64,000 nt of DNA from the NCBI GenBank assembly GCA_951406725.2, contig OX597816.1, positions 66,774,001 to 66,838,000 of the forward strand. The letters run 5' to 3'. Under the pieces are notes generated by a model that saw only the letters and a list, made by a program, of their open reading frames with translations, did no database searches and was not told where the DNA came from. Source of the stretch: Octopus vulgaris (taxonomy: Eukaryota). This document shows, piece by piece, positions 38,980-53,795 of the stretch. The position numbers were made by a program, and so were the translations under genes. Within the stretch, counting starts at the first letter, position 1; each line of letters starts with the position of its first letter.

Positions 38980-39649
38980 ACAGTGTAAGCATCCTGAGAG
39001 AAAAGTTGGGCATAAGAGGCATCAGATGTGATGTGCAAGAGAGACAACTATGCTGGTATGGTCATGTGATGTGTATAGACAAGGCCAGCTGTGTAAAGAA
39101 GTGCTGATCTCTGACTGTGGTAGAGGTAGACCCAGGAAGATACGGGATGAGGTGGTGAAGCATGATCTTTGAACTTTGGGCCTCACTGGGGCAATGACTA
39201 GTGGCTGAGAGCTTTGACGATATGCTGTGCTTGAGAAAATCCATGAAATCATAGTCGAGGCTGATTCTGGTGTCATGTAACTGGCAGCTGTGTCAGTGGC
39301 ATGTAAAAAGCACCTTTTGAGCATTGGGTCTCACTGAGGCAAAGTGGCTGATGCCAGTGGCATGTGAAAAGCTCTTTTCAAGTGTTGGGCCTCATGGAGG
39401 CAATAATGAATGACCTTTGGCATGCTTGAAAAGAAGACCCATTAAGCCATGTAAAATCACAGTCACCCATGCTGGTGAACATAGAAGCACCCATTACACT
39501 CTCAGAGTGGTTGGCATTAGGAAGGGCATCCAGCCATAGAAACCATGCTAAATCAGACAGGAGTCTGGTGCAACCTTCCAGCTTGCTAACCCGGGTCAAA
39601 CCGTCCAACTCATGCCAGCATGGACAACAGACGTTAAATGATAATGATG
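38980..39649 (+). mobile_element. Degraded RTE LINE ORF end + 3' UTR
   Basis: AGAGGTAGACCCAGGAAG..GATGAGGTGGTGAAGCA matches 62059-62100. Confidence 0.75.
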
Positions 39650-39682
39650 TGTCCATGTACGTCTTCAAAGTTAGAAACCAAC

Positions 39683-40073
39683 TCTTTTACCTGTTTCAGT
39701 CATTTGACTGCGGCCATGCTGGAGCACCATCTTTAGTCAAGCAAATTAACCCCAGGACTTATTCTTTAGAAGCCTAGTACTTATTCTATCGGTCTCTTTT
39801 GCCGAACCACTAAGTGACGGGGACGTAAACACACCATCATCGGTTGTCAAGCAATGTTGAAGGGACAAACACAGACACACAAACATATACACACACATAC
39901 ATATATATACGATGGGCTTCTTTCAGTTTCTGTCTACCAAATCCACTCACAAGGCTTTGGCCAACCTGAGGCTATAGCAGAAGACACTTGCCCAAGGTGC
40001 CACACAGTGGGAATGAACTTGGAACCATGTGGTTGGTAAGCAAGCTACTTATCACACAGCCACTCCTGCGCCT
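39683..40073 (-). mobile_element. SINE family A
   Basis: Full-length reverse-complement match. Confidence 0.85.
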
Positions 40074-40799
40074 GATTAAAAATGGTTTGTTCTGTACAAA
40101 TATTACTTTTTCTGTAGAATTTCTTTTCCAGAAGTATATCACCAATATTGAGTTCTGTAAAAAGAGTTGTTTGCAATAAATTTTTGTGCTTGCATTTTTT
40201 CCCTACAAATGTTTTTTTTTTTTTCATGAAAATATGTTAAAAATTTGCCTTTTTTCCTTTTGCCCTAGTTATAAATAAATATTCTACTTATATTGCTTAC
40301 TGGTATTTAGTGTCAAATAAATAAAAGTGAAAAGCAGCTTATATTTAATATAGATGTGGAGTCTTGCCTGGAAGAAAATTGAGGAGTTAATTATTTCTCA
40401 TTCAGCTCCTATTATGTCTTAATGTCACTAAAAGGGTCAAAAAGGAACCATTGTTGGGCTATACTTAAGGCATCAGCTGGTTTTAATCTAACCTTGACTG
40501 CAACTCCCCAGGATTTTCCTCACTGTCCATTTTTTTTCAACTGCCATAAGTCTTCAGTAATTCAATGTGAACAAACCATATTAGCTGCAGCCTCCCAGAA
40601 GGACCAGCAAAAACTATGACCTCTGATCTTCCTTCTCAGAATAAAATTTGTAGATACAAAAAACAATATACCATATTTGATGACATATAAAATGCACTTT
40701 GTTTTTAAATGTCTCAGAACAATCACCCTAGGTTCCATATGTGAAGATAATCCTATGTTACATGCTTTGATGTTCTAAAAACTGTCCTTTTATTGAATA

Positions 40800-41141
40800 T
40801 GAGCAAAACGCCCCCCGTCCAATGGATGGTGCTGAGTTGTCAAACATTTAAACCAAATTTTCTCAAAACAACTTGTCCGACCGTCCCATAGGCCTCCCCT
40901 TTGAGAAACACTGATTTAACCTAAATTTGAGACACCAGCAAAAGACGGATTTCGACTGATGTACTTGCACATACAAATGCACGTTCCCACGGCTTTATCG
41001 ATCGCATTCTCACCTGGAATTGATTTTTGTAATTTTTTCAAGATACATATCTACATATCAAATTTGAGGACAATCGGATGAAGGATGCCTGAGATCCTAG
41101 AAGACACACACACTGACAGACAACGGATTTTATATAATAGA
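40800..41141 (-). mobile_element. Helitron-like 5' fragment
   Basis: Minus strand A|TCTATTATATAAAATCCGTTGTCTGTC..; 3' CTAG end not identified. Confidence 0.45.
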
Positions 41142-41199
41142 TGTGCTGTTAAAATTGAAATATATCTGATATGTTTGTATGTCTTTTATGCCACCAAAT

Positions 41200-41230
<31 letters not shown>

Positions 41231-41894
41231 CGTTTTAGTGTGAACTTGTTTCAGATATACTGTTTGGGTGAAACTCGATTGGATATTTTTCTAGCCACAA
41301 ACATTCTGTTTCTCTCATGATGAGTATTCTGCTCCAAGATTTTGAAGTATTCTAATGTGGTCCCAATTCATAATTGTTGACTGTACCCATTCATTTAACA
41401 CCCTACAATTATTTATCCAACTACAAAGAAATACTGAGACATAATAATGCTCCAGCATACTAATTAAACATCTCTGAGCCAACAAAAGAGCTTCTATACA
41501 GTAACTTGACTTGCTAGAAATAGCAGTCAAATTCGCTCAAATCGCATTTTATCGTCTTATAAAAGGAAGGGTACATTAGACAACACTCACAAGCTTACTT
41601 ACCCACTTCTGTATCATTTCTCTTATATTCATCTTCCTGTAACTCAAGGATATGCTCTGACACATTTTCTCTCTCTCTTTTCCAATAGAGTGGTGGTGAT
41701 GGTGGTTGTGGCAGCAGCAATGGTAGTGGGGAGTGGGGGGAGGGGATTCTGATACTCCTAAAAAAATTGAAAGAACAGTCATGGTTGATATGCCTTTAGT
41801 TGTAGGTCTGCAGGATCAGAACTGACCCGTGGTTAAGCAACAACAACAACAACAGCTATAATATTTGAGAAACTCTAACCAATATTAACATAGA

Positions 41895-42715
41895 AGATAG
41901 GAAGACAGAAATTGCAATCTACTTGGTTAATGGCTGTGAAATGCCAGCCAGCGCAGAAAACTACTGAAAGCATCATGACAAGCTATACTTCAATCTCCTA
42001 TGGAATCTTTGGATGTATGTTAAAAATCTGAGTTTTGAGTCTCTACAAAGTGGTCTCAGCATGTTATCAAAATGAACCTGGAAAACAATCAAGCAAAAAA
42101 ATCTTACTTAATTCTGATATGTAAATAAAGAATCATAAAACAAAAGACCTGAAGTTTCTATAATCAAAGAAACCAGTGTTTATAATTATTGATGTCAAGT
42201 TTTGGCACAAGGCCAGCAATTTTGGAGGAATGGGTAAGTTGATTACATCAACTGTGCTCAATACTCAACTTGTACTTATTTTATCAAGGATGAAAAGCAA
42301 AATCAACCTTGGCAGGATTTGAACTCAGAACATGAAGATGAACAAATACTGCTAAGCATTTCGCCCAGCTTGCTTATGGTTCTACCAGCTCATGACCTTA
42401 GTGTTTATGATTATTGTCATTGCTATATTTGAAGACTACAAATATTGCTCTCAAAAGAATTTGGAAAATTTAATTATGACTCAAAACTGAGATCAGAGCT
42501 ACTCTCAAGAATGAGAAGAAAAAAAAAGCTTGATACAAATAATGGTTGGAGCACTGAGATCAATTAACCCAAAAGCTTCAATTCTATCTCAGATGACCAC
42601 AAGCATATATTCAACACCAGACAAGAACAAATTTGTATTGCTTGGAAGTGTTAATGAAAATAAAAGTAAAGAAAAAAGATTTTCTGAAGTCTTCAAGTCT
42701 GATAGAAAGAAGTGA
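41895..42715 (+). mobile_element. Highly degraded R4/Dong LINE 3' remnant, split by SINE C (42196-42400)
   Basis: Remnants ..LVNGCEM..HHDK, ..RPEV.., ..IMVGALRSI... Confidence 0.45.
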
Positions 42716-42734
42716 GCTATTGATGTTATTTTCC

Positions 42735-43136
42735 AATAGTTGACACCTTGAAAGCATTGCTGCTGCTGTTGCTGTTGAGCAAAGCGGTCTTTGTCCCATT
42801 AGTGGGAGAAGTCCGAAATGTGGTCCTTTGCTATTCGTAAGACCCGCAGAAGAGAAAGCAGGTCAACCACCGACACCAAGGGCATCGACGAATGGATGAA
42901 TACGCATCCAGGCTCAGCGATTGTGTAGGAAGTCGGGGACAAGAAACAGGAAGAAAGAGTGAGAGAAAGTTGGAGTGAAAGAGTACAAAAGGGGTCGCCA
43001 CCACCCCCTGCCAGAGCCTTATGAAGCTTTAGGTGTTTTCGCTCAATAAACACACACAACGCCCAGTCTGGGAATTGAAACTGCGATCCTCTGACTGCGA
43101 GTCCGCTGCCCTAACCATTGGGCCATTGCGCCTCCA
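42735..43136 (-). mobile_element. SINE family B head/body with a fourth tail type
   Basis: Head 43136-42945; unrelated tail 42940-42735. Confidence 0.7.
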
Positions 43137-43205
43137 CTGCTGCTGCTGCTTATAATAATAATAATGATGATAATAATGATAATAATAATAATAATAATAA
43201 TAATG

Positions 43206-43875
<670 letters not shown>

Positions 43876-44988
43876 TATTATTACTATTATTATTTATTTA
43901 TTTATTTATTTATTTATCTACTTATTTATTTATTTGCTACAAAGGTTTGAAGAGATACAAAATATAAAACTGTGAAAAAAAAAACACATTTGCATATTAC
44001 AAAAGAGGTGGGTAAAGGACATTATGCAATATATAGAATGACTTATTGATAATATCAAGTTGTACACACACTCACACATGTATACATACATGTACACACA
44101 TGCACATACATATCTATGTGTACATGTGCATATTTGCATAGAAATAAAGAATAGAATATAACACACAGTAACTAAAACATGATATAAATGATAAAATGAG
44201 GGATTTTCTATTTAGGTTCAGTTAGGGTATTCTATGATATTGTCCACTAAACCACTTTTCAAATTGTGTTTGAGTGCAACCAAATGCACTTGTAAGCATT
44301 TTTAAGGTATTTGATACTGAAAAACAACATCTTGAGATTATTTTTTTGCTGTTTAATGGTTAAGGTGTTTAACTCACAATCATAAAGTTGTGAGTTTGAT
44401 TCCCAGCATCTAGTCCACTCAGTTGGTGAACATGAGTTGTACTCGTAATTCAAAGGGCCAACCTTGTCACATTCTGTGTCATGCTAAATCTCCCCAAGAA
44501 CTACATTAAGGGTACATTTGTCTGTGGAGTGCTCAGCCTCTTGAACATTAATTTTACAAACAGGTTGTTCCATTGATCAGATCAACTGGAAACCTTGTCA
44601 TCGTAACTGATAGAATGCCAATATAATGTCTTAATTTTGATTTTAATAGCAGTGACTGACAATCTGCAGAGGGAAGCTGAGAACATTTGATAACAGATAT
44701 TTCTTAGGTAAGCAGTAAAATAAAATAATCCTTATATGGTTGGAGTGGTTACAGCTGTTCCTGGTTGAGAGTAGTAACTGCATTAATTACAAGAGGGAAA
44801 AAGCTGTGTGTTACATAGTGGAGGAAAATATACAAACACTCGTTAGTCAAATCAATGCTGTTCAGTATCATCAGAGAGGAAGAAACTGTTAGAAGGAGCC
44901 AAAATCATTGCAATATACAGTCAACAATTACGAAGGAAATGACACAGTGTAAGCGAATTTGGAAGATGGAAACTGTGTGAAAGTCTAT

Positions 44989-45024
<36 letters not shown>

Positions 45025-45026
<2 letters not shown>

Positions 45027-45205
45027 AAGAGTTCACAAAAAAAACAAAAGACAAAGACAGGTGGTGTAGACAACAAACAGATGTATTAGTTTAATGCTCG
45101 GGAAGTGAAAAAGTCTTCAACGTTTCAGGCCTATGCTCTTCTACAGAAAGGAACACAAAGAGAAACAGGTTGAGAAAATAAAGAATGTGTATTGGCTAGC
45201 GATAT
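45025..45205 (-). mobile_element. Penelope-like terminal fragment next to (TA)n with decayed hammerhead motif (45115-45150)
   Basis: Minus strand CTTT-CTGTAGA-A-GAGC..GCCT-GAAA-CG-TT-GAAG. Confidence 0.5.
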
Positions 45206-45208
45206 ACA

Positions 45209-45658
45209 CCTCCATGGTAACTGCAGTGAATTTGCCTTTAGCAGTTGAAATATATTACAAACATATTTTAACTAACCTAAAGTTTGCTTATGCTTAAACA
45301 CCTCTTGGCACTGATATTACTGTAATTTTCATGGTCTTGGAAGTCTACTGGTGCAAATCAGTTTTGGACAGACTTAGTCATGCTAAAATATAGTCAATAA
45401 CATTGACTGATTTGCACCAGTAGACTTCCAAGACCATTGATGATGGTTAAGAAGCTAGAAACATCGATGTCTATGAATCCAACAGGTAGCAGCACTGGAC
45501 AGATATAGTGTTTTTACACTTTTTTTTTACCATAAGAGAGAATTTTTCCTCCACCGTAACTGCAGTAAATTTGTCTTTATTAGTTGAAATATGTCACAAG
45601 TATATTTTAAGAAACCTAAAGTTCACTTATGCCTAAACACTGTTTGGAGCTAATGTTA

Positions 45659-45665
<7 letters not shown>
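45209..45665 (+). mobile_element. Partial tandem (339-bp period) retrozyme/Penelope-like unit
   Basis: Direct repeats 45209-45326 / 45548-45665; 32-bp perfect inverted repeat; hammerhead-like core 45437-45471. Confidence 0.55.
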
Positions 45666-45697
<32 letters not shown>

Positions 45698-45698
<1 letters not shown>

Positions 45699-45885
45699 CA
45701 GGATGCTGTGAATAAACTGTCATCAAAATTACGCAAAAATGTATATAACACTGACATCTCATTTTAACAGATATATTTACCAAAATTACATAAAAATATC
45801 TTGAAATACTAGAGAGTAAATTTATTCAATAAAATCGCTATTGGCTTCAACCATGGCCTCCAAACGATTTTGGAATCTCCAGCAT
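45698..45885 (-). mobile_element. Tc1/mariner 3' end fragment
   Basis: ..FQNRLEAMVEANSDFIE* and TA-CAGGATGC TIR-like end. Confidence 0.55.
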
Positions 45886-46134
45886 GTACTAAGAGTGATA
45901 AAAATCAAACATCCAGTCAGCATCATGGTGGTATTTTCATTGACGAGCAAAGACGCAGAAACTAACCTCTGGATGCATGCTTAGCTGGGTGGAGGTGCTT
46001 ATCTCCTTCTTGTAAACATAAGGACACAGGAAATGTGTCAAGACCAACAGGAAGCGTTGCTGCTTCCTAGGGCTAAATAGCAGTAGTATGATTCCCTTCA
46101 TGGGACTGTCACATTAAGTTGACAGTATACAACT

Positions 46135-46179
<45 letters not shown>

Positions 46180-46209
46180 GTATGTATGTATGTATGTATG
46201 TATCATAAC

Positions 46210-47285
46210 CATAATCATCATCATCATTTAGCGTCTGCTTTCCATGCTGGCATGGGTTAGACAGCTTGACTGGAACTGGTAAGTTGTACCAGGCTTGATT
46301 TCTACGGCTGGATGTCCTTCCTAAAGCCAACCACTCCAAGAGTGTAGTGGGCGCCTTTTACATGTCAAGAGCACAGATGCTTTTATGTGTCACTAGCACT
46401 GGCTGAAACAACAATTACACTTGGCTTGATGAGTCTTCTCAAGCACAGCATATCGCCAAAGGTCCTGATCACTCGCCATCACCTCCATGAGACCCAGCAA
46501 AGATCATGCTTCACCACCACATCCCATGTCTTCCTGGGTCTACCTCTTTCACAAGTTCTCTCCACAGTTAGATATTGGCACTCCTTTACACAGTTTTCCA
46601 TGTCCATATGCACTACATGACCATACCAACTCAGTCATCTCTCTTGTGCTCCACATCTGATGCCTCTTATGCCAGATTTTTCTCTCAACATGCTTACATT
46701 CTGTTGTACATGCACACTGACATTGCAGATTCAGCAAAGAATACTAGCTTCATTTCTTTCAAGCATTCACATGTCCTCTGCAATCACAGTCACTGTTTTA
46801 CTGCCATGTAGCATGGCTGCTCACACACAGGCATCACACAATCTACCTTTCAGGCAGAAGCTCTCTGAACTTTACCCAGCTATATTCTTATTCTAGCAGC
46901 TAAGCTCTCAGAGCATCCAGCTCCATTGCTGTATTGGTCACCTAAATAACGAAAGCTTTCAACTACTTCTAAGTGTCCCCACTGGCATTTGATGGAGTCT
47001 ATTTTCTGTATATTTCTAGTGTTTATTGTACCAGTACATCTGCCTCACACAAAGAACATTTTCTCTATTAACCTTCCTCTGATATTGCTGCACTTCTTAT
47101 GTGTTCATAGCTTGCACTGGGTACACCTTATGGAGTTTCTACCTATACCTTCTTCATATCGAGCAGGGCCATCTACCTCAAGGGATTTGTGATTTGTCTG
47201 CCTTTCTACTCACTAAGACTTCAATTTTTGTTGAATTTTCTTAAGGCCCTTTGATTTCAGACCTTGCTTTTCTATGCCTGAAATT
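46210..47285 (-). mobile_element. Degraded RTE LINE (PHD-insert family)
   Basis: Minus strand remnants of GRWPCSI.., LEVVESFRYLGDQ, RGRPRKTWD, and a (GAT)n tail. Confidence 0.75.
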
Positions 47286-48114
47286 TTTTTCTCCAATTCT
47301 AGTAGTATACACACACACATGCACACGTGTGTGTTTGTCTATGTATATGTATATATGCAGGTGGTGGGGGGAGTGTATGTATGTAAATCTATACACCATT
47401 TGGCGTTGGTTTGTTTATGTCTCCATCACTTAGCAGTTTGGCAAAAGGGACTGATAGAATAGGTACCAAACTTTTAAAAAAATAAGTATTGGGGGTGCTT
47501 TATCTAACAATAAAAAAAAACCTTCAAGGCAATGCTCTAGTATGGCTGCAGTCCAGTAACTGAAACAAGCAAAAGATAAAAGATAAAAATGTTTTCAAAT
47601 AAATAAACTGTTTGAATGCAATAAATTCCTCTGGATTTTAATTAACTGAATTAAGCCCTTCTCAAATTGGTTAAAAATAATGCTCAACTCAGAAGCTTTC
47701 ATCATGTATTTCGCAATTATATTTTCTTCTAACAGCAGCAACTGAATTCAAATGTAGGTTTATTTTATATATTCTACATATTTATATTTTATATATTCTG
47801 CATATTTATATATTTTTATATATGAGTTAGTTGCTGAAGCGTTCCACTTCAACAGCCAATTCATGGAAAATGTCAGAATACTTAACTGTAATGGCCACTA
47901 TGAATATTCCCCTTAGCTCTTTGACAGGAAATAGTTGACAGTTGTATCAGAGTATGAACAGCTGAATGTACTATAGGGTGTCCGGAAAAGCAACACCTCA
48001 ATTTTAAAACTATTTTATTTATGCAGCCAACTAAATATAAATTTTTATATTGGGTATTACTTTTGGATCACTCTTTATTTTAGCTGACCAAAACAACAAT
48101 AACAAAAATTACAA

Positions 48115-48465
48115 TCGTTGTCATCACCTTCATCCTCATCATTACTGTCCTCCTCCTCCTCCTCCTCCTCTTTCTCCCCTCCTCTTCATCATCATTGTCA
48201 TTGTCTTTGTTTTAATCATCTTTGTCACCATCATCGTCATCATCATCATCTACTACTGTTGCAGGGGACACCACTGATGCTGTTCTGGTCATTGTTATCA
48301 CCACCAGTGCCACCCCCAACACTAACAACACCAACACTGCCACATCTGTCATCATCATCATCGTCTTTGTCGTCATCATCACCACCACCACTGCTACTGC
48401 TACCACTGCTACTGCTACCACTGCAGGCAATACTGCTACCACCACCACCACCACCACCACTATCA
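48115..48465. repeat. Trinucleotide low-complexity tract (CAT/CCT/CAC/CTA)
   Basis: Visible directly in the sequence. Confidence 0.8.
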
Positions 48466-48600
48466 GAAAAGCCACATTAACCATCTAAATGGTTTCTAGT
48501 TACCAGTTGCTATTGTGGCTTGTAATGTCTCTTACAAATATTCTTAACTTATAATGACCCCTATTCATTTCCTCCTAACTTTGTATCACAAATTAACTAT

Positions 48601-49025
48601 AGGCATAGGAGTGGCTGTGTGGTAAGTAGCTATAGGTATAGGAGTGGCTGTGTGGTAAGTAGCATGCTTACCAACCACATGGTTCCGGGTCCAGTCCCAC
48701 TGCGTGGCACCTTGGGCAAGTGTCTTCTACTATAGCCTCGGGCCGACCAAAGCATTGTCAGTGGATTTAGTAGACGGAAACTGAAAGAAGCCTGTCGTAT
48801 ATATGTATATATATGTGTGTATGTCTGTGCTTGTCCCCCCAACATTGCTTGACAGCCGATGCTGGTGTGTTTACGTCCCTGAAACTTAGCGGTTCGGCAA
48901 AAGAGACTGATAGAATAAGTACTAGGCTTACAAAGAATAAGTCCTGGCATTGATTTGCTCGACTAAAGGTGGTGCTCCAGCATGGCCACAGTCAAATGAC
49001 TGAAACAAGTAAAAGAGTAAAAGAG
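48601..49025 (+). mobile_element. SINE family A with tandemly duplicated 5' ~33 bp
   Basis: ATAGGAGTGGCTGTGTGGTAAGTAG occurs twice. Confidence 0.85.
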
Positions 49026-49769
49026 TTGTTGTTGCTGTTGTTATTGTTGTTTACAGCAGGACAGCTGGTAAGCAAGCTACTTACCACACAGCCACTCAGC
49101 AATATTGAGGTGATGGATAAGTCAATTACATTGACCCAAGGGTTCAAATGATTCTTGTCTTATCAACCATCAATGGATGATAGAGAATGTCAACCTTGGC
49201 ATGATTTGAACCTAGAATGTAAAGAGCCAGGAAAATGCCAACAACAACATCAATAACAATAGCAATAACAATTCTCTGACATTCCCCACTCCTAACTACA
49301 TGTCTTTTTTTTTTCTTTTTACTGTTTACATCCAATTTTCCAACATAATATGGGTAAACTGACTGGTTTGTGAGAGTAATTGCTTTTTCATATGTATTTT
49401 CTCTACACTGCTCAATAGTGAAGCAGGAGTGGTGGAAACAATGTTTTGTTGCATTCAGTCAAGCATAGTGGATCATGTACTAAAGTAATAGGTCTCCTTT
49501 CAGGGACATTACAATGGTTTGAACTTATGACCATATGATTGACAGTAGATGGCCTTTCAGTTATAGGCACAAGACATGAAATTTTGGGGAGTAGATGGTC
49601 CTAACCTTCTGCCCATAGCTGTTGTGATTCAATCACAACACAAAAGAACTATGAATAATAATAAAGTGCTAGTATTAACACCACCATCCATAACACCATA
49701 GGATCAACAATGAACCTATGAAAGAAGGAGCCTCTACATGACTGCTTTATTTATTTATTATTTATTTAT

Positions 49770-50073
49770 GCGCTCTTTTCAAGCCTAGCCAGGCTCATGG
49801 TCCTGGTTTCCTGGTTTCTGTGGCGTATGTGTTCCCCCCACCAGCTGGACGGGACGCCAGTCCATTGCAGCATTACTCAAGAAACAGGAAGAGAGAGTGA
49901 GAGAAATTCGGGGCGTAAGAGTACAACAGGGGTTGCCACCACCCCCTGCCGGAGTCTTGTGGAGCTTTAGGTGTTTTCGCTCAATAAACACACACAACAC
50001 CCAGTCTGAGAATCGAAACCACGATCCCCCGACCGCGAGTCCGCTGCCCTAACCACTGGGCCATTGCGCTTCC
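49770..50073 (-). mobile_element. SINE family B (V-like tail)
   Basis: TSD CTACAT(G/T)ACTGCTTTA. Confidence 0.85.
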
Positions 50074-51355
50074 ACTACATTACTGCTTTACCTGCCAGAA
50101 ATAACAGCTGAATTTACCTCCCATCTCAGATCATACTTTACATTTTTAAAAAGGGAAATCACATTGGCTAATGCAGTCTGGGCTTGACAATGCTTGAGAA
50201 AAAAAACTGGTAGCAAGATAGCATATGACTGTAACGACTTTGATCATTGGTCTGCTCAACCAGAACCAACAAGAAGCAAAATATCACCTCATCACCACTA
50301 CCACCACCACTATCATCATTACTAACAACAATAACAACAAGCTAATGAATGATCCTTTACACGATTGTTTGATCTGCTAGAGATAGCTGCCAAATATCCC
50401 ACAAATCATATTCAACCATTTAGGAAAAAATGGAAGAATGAGTCTGGAAAAATGGGATGGTCATAGCTGGAATGCCTTTGGAAATAGAGCTGGTTGATCA
50501 GGTTTGACATGACTCCACAACTGCAATCTTCAGGTTGTACACAGCCCACACCTATGGATCAATGAAACAAATTCACTTCTCACAGCAACTCCAATCCACA
50601 TCTTTCTGTTATTGCATACATAATCACTTTCAAACTATCAGATATATAACATCTAGATACTCAACTATACCCTAAATCAGACATGGGCAATGTTTTTGTG
50701 AAGCAGGCCATATAAAACATGGTTCATCATCAAGTGGCTGCACTAGTAAGAAATTTCCATTAGGTGTCCCACTCAGGAAATCTCACTGGCTGTAGTTTGC
50801 CCATGACTGTTTTAGAGACACTACAACACCAAAGAAGATTACTGCTGGGTGATGGAAAGCTCTTGTAGGTGGAAGTCTTAGCTTGTAGGCTTTCCTGCTA
50901 GATACAGTTAAATGCTTTGCTGATTTCAAGGACAACAAGATTTCTTTTGGTAAACTTCTCAAAGACAAGAGACTACTGATGTACATCAGTAGTCTCTTGT
51001 CTTTGGTGGGTCTAGCTCTATGGAAATCATACTGTGTTTACCAAGATGAAGCAGAAGAACTGATGCAAGAGGAAATTGTTTAATTGTCTCAATCATCTTT
51101 AAGATTTAGTGAGGAAAATGGTTTGATAATTAGCAGGATCAGATAGGATGCTCTTTTTAGAGAATAGTATATACCATCTTATGTTGCCAAAGCTTGAGAT
51201 TTATCCCTGTGATGAGAGAAAGAGTTTGGTGAGAACAGGAGTTAATGTATTGGAGTACAATATCTGAGAGTGATGCAAGGCCCATCATCAGATTTGATCA
51301 TCTTGTTTAGTTGGAACTTTGAAGAAATTTCTACATTTAAAGAAAGCAAATTTAA

Positions 51356-51576
51356 CCCTTTCGTTACCAACCCGGCTGAAACTGGCTCTGGCTCTTTAGT
51401 ATAAATGTCTGGTTTTCAAAAGTTCTGAATCAAAACCTTCCACCAAACCTTAGTCACAATTTATGTCCCTAACTCTAGCTTAATGATAACGATGTTATTT
51501 TACTTAATTCTTTGTTATATTTAACATAATTGGAAGAAACACTGAGCATCTCAAAATAAATTCAGTAACGAAAGGA
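51356..51576. mobile_element. piggyBac-type MITE
   Basis: TTAA TSDs; TIR CCCTTTCGTTAC / GTAACGAAAGGA. Confidence 0.85.
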
Positions 51577-51926
51577 TTAAGGGAAGCTTACTATATTAGG
51601 ACAAAATAGAGTTTGAAATAAAGTGTGTAGGATATGAGATGGCTTCATCATGAGATGGTTACTCAGAAGTGTCTGTAAGGATGGGCTGGTTATAAATTAC
51701 TTGATGTTAGTGGACTTGGATTGTATGATGAATTTGGAGTCAACATGTTTAAGAGGATAGTATTAGTCATTCACTTAAATGTCTCAGATAGATCAGAAAT
51801 GATGCACTTTTGTTATCATGTCAGTATAGAATTGGTAGAGCTTCAAACAGTTATCTGTCCATGACATATGTTGTGAAATGCCCAGGAAGATATATTTTTA
51901 TCATTTTATTATTTGTAAAAATTATT

Positions 51927-52356
51927 TTATTTGTTTCAGTCATTCGACTGTAGCCATGCTGGAGCACCACCTTTAGTCGAGCAAATCGACCCCAGCACTT
52001 ATTCTTTGTAAACCTGGTACTTATTCTATTGGTCTCTCTTGCCGAACCACTAAGTGACAGGGATGTAAACACACCAGCATCGGTTGGCAAGCGATGTTGG
52101 GGGGACAAACACAGACACACAAACATATACATACATACATATATATATATACATATATACATACATACACACACACATTATATATATATATATATATACA
52201 CGACAGGCTTCTTTCAGTTTCCATCTACCAAATCCACCCACATGGCTTTGGTCGGCCCGAGGCTATAGAAGATGCTTTCCCAAGGTGCCACATAGTGGGA
52301 CTGAACCCAGAACCATGTGGTTGGTAAACAAGCTACTTACCACACAGCCACTCCTA
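51927..52356 (-). mobile_element. SINE family A
   Basis: Full-length reverse-complement match. Confidence 0.85.
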
Positions 52357-53099
52357 TATGTTGACTTTAGACAGCTGTCATCAATACAATGAGCCAGAAA
52401 CTAAGATGATCAAGTTAGGACTGAACCCAAGACCATGGGGTTAGGAAGCAAACCTCTTACTACACATGCACACACATGTACATATGTATATGACAGATTT
52501 CTTTCAGCTTCCATCTATCAATTTACTCACAAGGCTTTGGTTGGCCCAGGACTTACTCAGAATTGAACCAGTAACCTGTGGCCACACTCGTGCCTATTAG
52601 GTATTGTAAAAAGATAAATGGAAAAGGGAAGAGAACGTAGTACATTTTGCTTGTTCTGAAATGGCTACAGTGACTAAGATCTCAGATCAAGTACATGCTA
52701 AACAAGCACAATTCCAAAATCTATTTAATATTTTTCTATTAACTGATTCCTGTTAAGATGTCTCTGTTAAACTTAGTTCTACAGATGTCTTACGTGCTGT
52801 CTCAAATCTATACTTCACTGAAAACTCAGGTTTATTTGAGACTTTGTTTCTTTTATCATGATTGCATTGTAAAGCATAATTGTGACAAGGATAAACAAGT
52901 TATTTATAGGACTGACCAAATAGTATCACTTAATTGGCTTATAAATAAAGCTTTTTGTTTTGAATTTTCTTATCATTATAAAAGTCAACAAATTTGGATG
53001 TAAAAGAGAATAATCAGAGATTACAATGAAAATTACTAGGTTAAAGCAAACTAATAGTGCAAAGTTTAGTTAAGTTCCTTAACCATTCAGTAATAATAA

Positions 53100-53295
53100 T
53101 GGTTTCAAATTTTGGCAGAAGGCCAGCAATTTTGGAGTTGAGGAACGTCGATTACATCAACCCCAGTTTTCAACTGGTATGTATTTTATCAACCCCAGAA
53201 TGAAAGGCAAAATAAACCTTGGCGGAATTTGGACTCAGAACGTTAAGTTGGTAGAAATACCACTAAGCAATTTTTCCGTCACACTAACAATTCAG
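53100..53295 (-). mobile_element. SINE family C variant
   Basis: ATGAAAGGC..GGCGGAATTTGGACTCAGAACG. Confidence 0.65.
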
Positions 53296-53300
53296 AAATA

Positions 53301-53345
<45 letters not shown>

Positions 53346-53368
53346 TACAATAACAATAATGTTAATAA

Positions 53369-53795
53369 TAGACAAGGTATTAGAGCACCAAAGGCTGGAT
53401 ATAGTAACCTTTAGGAGGGACAAACAAGAATGCCTAATAATTGACGTGGCAGTGCTAGGAGATCAACACATCATAATGAAAGAAAGAGAAAAAGTTGATA
53501 AATATGGAGACCTGAGAATTAAGATCACTAAGATGTGGCAACTACAAGAGTCAAACATAAAGGTTATCCCTACTGTCATCGGAGTATTGGGTTCAATACC
53601 AGCCAATCCAAAAAATCATCTCAAAACTTTAGAAATACCCTACAATCTAGGTGTATTGCAAAAGTCGGCATTACTTGGAACTGCACACAAATTGTGTAAA
53701 GTACTGTCTGTCTGAGGTTCTTGTTGTGACTTGACAAACAGTACAATCAATATCTTCAATCAACAACCTCACAATATTGTATACTGTGTGATGCC

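Noticed and set aside
48050-48488. Ser/Thr/Pro/His-rich ORFs
   Set aside because: Trinucleotide low complexity open in several frames, with no splice or domain support.
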